DNA of 64,000 nt. It comes from Longimicrobiales bacterium (GTDB lineage Bacteria; Gemmatimonadota; Gemmatimonadetes; Longimicrobiales; Gaopeijiaceae). Below, piece by piece: positions 60,647-64,000 of the stretch. The notes under the pieces are model-generated. The model did not search any database. It had not been told where the DNA came from and worked only from the letters and a program-made list of their open reading frames with translations. Every line of letters starts with the position of its first letter. Position 1 is the stretch's first letter. Location of the stretch: contig JAWLHJ010000005.1 in NCBI GenBank assembly GCA_041690395.1, positions 128,001-192,000 on the forward strand. The letters are read 5' to 3'. A program made the translations under genes and the position numbers.

Positions 60647-61854
60647 ACGTCCGGTCGGTGGCCGAAACGCGACATTCGGGCTGTCGCCCGTCGCGCCTGC
60701 GATCCATCTCGTCACGCCATCCGACCCTATTGATTCCGGTACTTCTGGTCCTGGGGTGTAGCGCCGATCCGATCGCCGACGACGAGCAGGATACGGACGA
60801 GGTACACGAGTCGCGCCTGCTCGACTTCCGGGTCGTCACGGTGGTCGAGGGACTCGAGCATCCATGGGGCATGGCCTTCCTACCTGGTGGCGAGATCCTG
60901 GTGACCGAGCGTCCCGGTCGCCTGCGACTGGTGCGGGACGGGAGCCTCGTCGACGAGCCGCTCTCCGGCGTGCCCGACGTGGGTGCGGGCGGCCAGGGAG
61001 GTCTCCTCGACATCGCGCTCCATCCGGACTTCGAGAGCAACCGCTGGGTCTATCTGACCTACTCGAGATCGGAATCCGGCGAACGGACCACCGCCATCGC
61101 GCGAGGGCGCTACGACGGAGAGCGCTTGACCGAGCTGGAAGAGATCTACGAAGCGGAAGCCTGGGGCGACGGCGACAGGCACTTCGGCTCCAGGATCGCA
61201 TTCGACGTGGCCGGATATCTCTATGTCACGATAGGGGAGCGGGGTGAGATGGAAGAGGCCCAGAATCGCGCCAACGACCAGGGTGCCGTGCTCCGGCTGA
61301 ACGACGACGGCAGCATACCGGTCGACAATCCATTCATCGGCGACGGGAACGCCCGTGGAGCCATATGGGCTTACGGCGTGCGCAATATCCAGGCACTCGC
61401 GTTCCATCCGGAGACGGGGGAGCTCTGGGCCGGCGAGCACGGCCCTCTCGGCGGCGACGAGATCAACGTCATCGAGGAAGGCGGCAACTACGGGTGGCCG
61501 GAGGTCACCTACGGATTGAACTACGACGGCAGCGTCATCAGCGAGCTCACCGAGAGGGACGGCATGGTGCAACCCGTCCATCATTGGGACGAGTCGCCTG
61601 CACTGTCCGGGCTGACGATCTACACGGGAGGCGAGCTGGGCCCCTGGAGCGGACAGCTCTTCGCGGGCGGGCTCGCGGGACGCCATCTGGTACGGCTCGA
61701 CTTCGATGGTCACGAGCTCCGGGACAGCGAGACGCTGCTCGAGGACCTGGAGCACCGGATCCGGGACGTGCGCACCGGCCCGGACGGATTCCTCTACCTC
61801 CTGATCGACTCGAGCGACGCTCCGATGCTGAGGCTCGAGCCGTTGGGCCGTTGA
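60631..61854 (+). CDS. PQQ-dependent sugar dehydrogenase (GSDH/YliI family) lipoprotein; start uncertain
   Basis: [56 protein letters not shown] lipobox. Confidence 0.92.
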
Positions 61855-61893
61855 ACGTCCGGCGTGCGCGTGTGACCGGATGGCCCGGTGCGG

Positions 61894-62382
61894 TCACGCC
61901 GGTAGGCGCAGGAGGGTCCTTCCGTGGGCCCCTGCCGCCAGCATCCACCTGTGGGGTCCGAGGATCCATCCGGTCCCGAAGGCGAGGCCGCTGAGGAAAC
62001 GGGTGGGGTTGCCGCTGAGTTCCGGGGCCTGCTGCGACAGCGTCCACTCCCCCGCCATGAGGGCCATGAGCGCGACGGCCAGGAGCACTGGTCCCGGTGT
62101 GAAGGCTCGCCGCCACTCCCAGGGTTCCTCCACCCGTCGCAGCATCCACCACGAGAGGGCCAGGCCGCCGTACACGCCGGTGCAGCGCGCGCAGAGCGCC
62201 ATGGAGTGTCCGAGCACGTGGAACGAGCGAGCCGCGAGCTGGTGGCAGAGCCCCTCGACGGCGGCCATGGCGAGACGGCCGGCATCGCCGCCGGCCAGCG
62301 CCAGGACGGGGGCGGCGAGCGAGACCGACAGAAGCGCGGCCGCACCGACGAACACGGTCCGGTCGATGCCGCGGAGCGTCAC
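61894..62382 (-). CDS. DUF2085-like membrane protein
   Basis: LCHQ..RSF.....CARCTGVY; GTGA overlap with the upstream gene. Confidence 0.8.
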   Translation of the reverse strand: MTLRGIDRTVFVGAAALLSVSLAAPVLALAGGDAGRLAMAAVEGLCHQLAARSFHVLGHSMALCARCTGVYGGLALSWWMLRRVEEPWEWRRAFTPGPVLLAVALMALMAGEWTLSQQAPELSGNPTRFLSGLAFGTGWILGPHRWMLAAGAHGRTLLRLPA

Positions 62383-63443
62383 GAAGCGTCCCCGGCGGCC
62401 TCCGCCGGTCCCGTTCCCAGCGCTTCCGACAGGATGTCGGCCTGTTCCCGGCCGAACATCTCGCTGAAGAGGCGGCGCTCCACCTTCGTCTTGCCATCCT
62501 CGAAGAAGTGGGCCTCCACTTCCACCAGGTTGGTACTCCGGTCGCTGCCGCTCCACAGTGTCAGGTCCAGACGGGCCTCCTTCTCGTCCGGCGGCTCGTC
62601 GACCGGGAGGGACTCCAACGCGGCCAATAGCGCCAGGTTCCCGTGGTAGAGGCCTCTCAGGAGCACCCCGACATGCTCCAGTGGGTAGCGCCCCACGACC
62701 TTGCGCTCCATCTCGCTGCCGCTGGATTCGCAGAACGGGTGCTCCCCCGCCTGGGACGCGGCGAGCCCCACGAAGAGGAAGGCGAACACCGCCAGGACGC
62801 CGCCGTACACCAGTCCCGATTTGGCCAGCACGATCACGCTGGCCAGGGCGGTGCCGAGCCCCACCATTACCGCCCAGATGCTCGTGCCGATGAGCCCGCC
62901 CAACACCGGGTCGATGTCCCCTTCGATCCGGGAGGCCATCCCCAGGACGAGCCAGAGCGTCGCCCCGGCCGCCAGCAGGCCCACGCCCCACCCCAGGCGC
63001 TCGGCCAAGGCGGGGGAACGGCAGCGTGCGACACCACCGGACGCCGCGAAGATCGCTCCCGTCGTGAACGCGACGGCCAGCGGTGAGAAGAAGTAGGCCA
63101 AGATGGCACCCAGCAGGAGGATCTGCAGGCAGCCGCCCATGCTGACGAACACCCCCATCACCCATAGCCCTCCCCATTGGATGGCGAGCGCGACCCCGGT
63201 GCCCAACGCCACGCCCGCGATTCCGGCCGCGAGCAGGACCGGGATCGTTCGTCCCTCCGTACGGCCGCTCGGGACGTAGCCACGGGGCACCTCGGCGGGG
63301 ATCTCCGTCAAAGGCTCCTGCAGAAGGGCGCGCCGATCACGCGCGACCTCGGCCAGCTCCTCGACGGCGTACTCGCGGGGTCCCAGGGCGTCCATCGGCC
63401 CGAGCCCACCGAAGGCCTCGAATATCGTGGGAGGGTGATCCAT
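62379..63443 (-). CDS. Multi-pass membrane hypothetical protein
   Basis: YVPSGR followed by about 5 TM segments and a soluble C-terminus. Confidence 0.65.
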   Translation of the reverse strand: MDHPPTIFEAFGGLGPMDALGPREYAVEELAEVARDRRALLQEPLTEIPAEVPRGYVPSGRTEGRTIPVLLAAGIAGVALGTGVALAIQWGGLWVMGVFVSMGGCLQILLLGAILAYFFSPLAVAFTTGAIFAASGGVARCRSPALAERLGWGVGLLAAGATLWLVLGMASRIEGDIDPVLGGLIGTSIWAVMVGLGTALASVIVLAKSGLVYGGVLAVFAFLFVGLAASQAGEHPFCESSGSEMERKVVGRYPLEHVGVLLRGLYHGNLALLAALESLPVDEPPDEKEARLDLTLWSGSDRSTNLVEVEAHFFEDGKTKVERRLFSEMFGREQADILSEALGTGPAEAAGDAS

Positions 63444-63636
63444 GCTCGGCTCCGCGGTGGGATGGCTAACGGGAGTGCAATGAAGCCGCACAGAGTACGG
63501 TGGGGTGTGTCCGGGCGCCAGCGCCGCTCCGGTCGCCACGATCCCACGGCCCTCGTAGCTTGCCGGGAGCCGGAAGCCGGCCGAGCGTGGAGCTCCGCCA
63601 GCTCCTCCTGTGACCCACGTCCCCGCGTCGACCGCC

Positions 63637-64000
63637 ATGCGCCAACTCGCCGCCTCAGCCGTTCTGGTCCTCGCCGCCTGTACCGCCGCCCCGGCTCCCG
63701 CCCCGACGGGCGCACCCGGCCCGGCCCCTTCGGAGATCGTCGACCTCCACGCCGCCATGACCGTCCCCGGCCTGGAGGACCGCCGCTTCGACCACGCCAC
63801 CTATTGGCGCGCCGTTGAGCCCTACCTCGGTGAACCGTGGACCGTGGAGGAAGCGGGCCGGTCGGCCGAGGGGAGGGAGATCCATAGGCTCACGGCGGGT
63901 TCGGGCCCTACCCGGGTCATGCTGTGGTCGCAGATGCACGGGGACGAGAGCACGGCATCCATGGCGCTGGCCGACCTGATCCGGTTCTTCCACGAGCAGC
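63637..64000 (+). CDS. M14 zinc carboxypeptidase lipoprotein (3'-truncated)
   Basis: Own translation: MRQLAASAVLVLAAC...GRSAEGREI...VMLWSQMHGDES (HxxE). Confidence 0.85.
   Translation, partial: MRQLAASAVLVLAACTAAPAPAPTGAPGPAPSEIVDLHAAMTVPGLEDRRFDHATYWRAVEPYLGEPWTVEEAGRSAEGREIHRLTAGSGPTRVMLWSQMHGDESTASMALADLIRFFHEQ

Overview
High-GC bacterial window. The protein repertoire suggests Gemmatimonadota, but this is inference only. Bases 1-~28,200 hold a flagellar cluster: fliP(partial)QR-flhBA-flhF-flhG-fliA-orf-flgFGAHIJNK-csrA, motAB, fliC, a very large fliD, fliS, flgM, cheY and a CheZ-like gene. Unusual signalling genes are interleaved with it: a ChpT-like pseudo-kinase/phosphotransferase, a degenerate kinase-REC hybrid and an EAL-HDOD protein. 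Bases ~28,100-39,700 hold a degenerate-P-loop/SPOR protein, four PAS histidine kinases, a second stator pair (predicted Na+-type) and a single-domain receiver. Next come a TPP riboswitch with thiC and a small lower-GC islet with an AbrB-Doc toxin-antitoxin pair, whose Doc lacks the catalytic His. The rest comprises secreted and lipoprotein genes, infA, an ECF sigma remnant, MscS, a 1-Cys peroxiredoxin, an SLC13 transporter, an ECF/anti-sigma pair, an ATP-grasp enzyme, an (EP)21-repeat lipoprotein, a PQQ sugar dehydrogenase and a partial M14 peptidase. The best candidate for an undescribed system is a non-canonical flagellar control circuit. Its parts would be the ChpT-like HPt, the pseudo-kinase-REC, the CckA-like kinases, CheY/CheZ, degenerate FlhF/FlhG, CsrA control of fliC with no local flgL or fliW, and dual stators under sigma-28. 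All assignments come from motifs recognised by eye; no searches were run.
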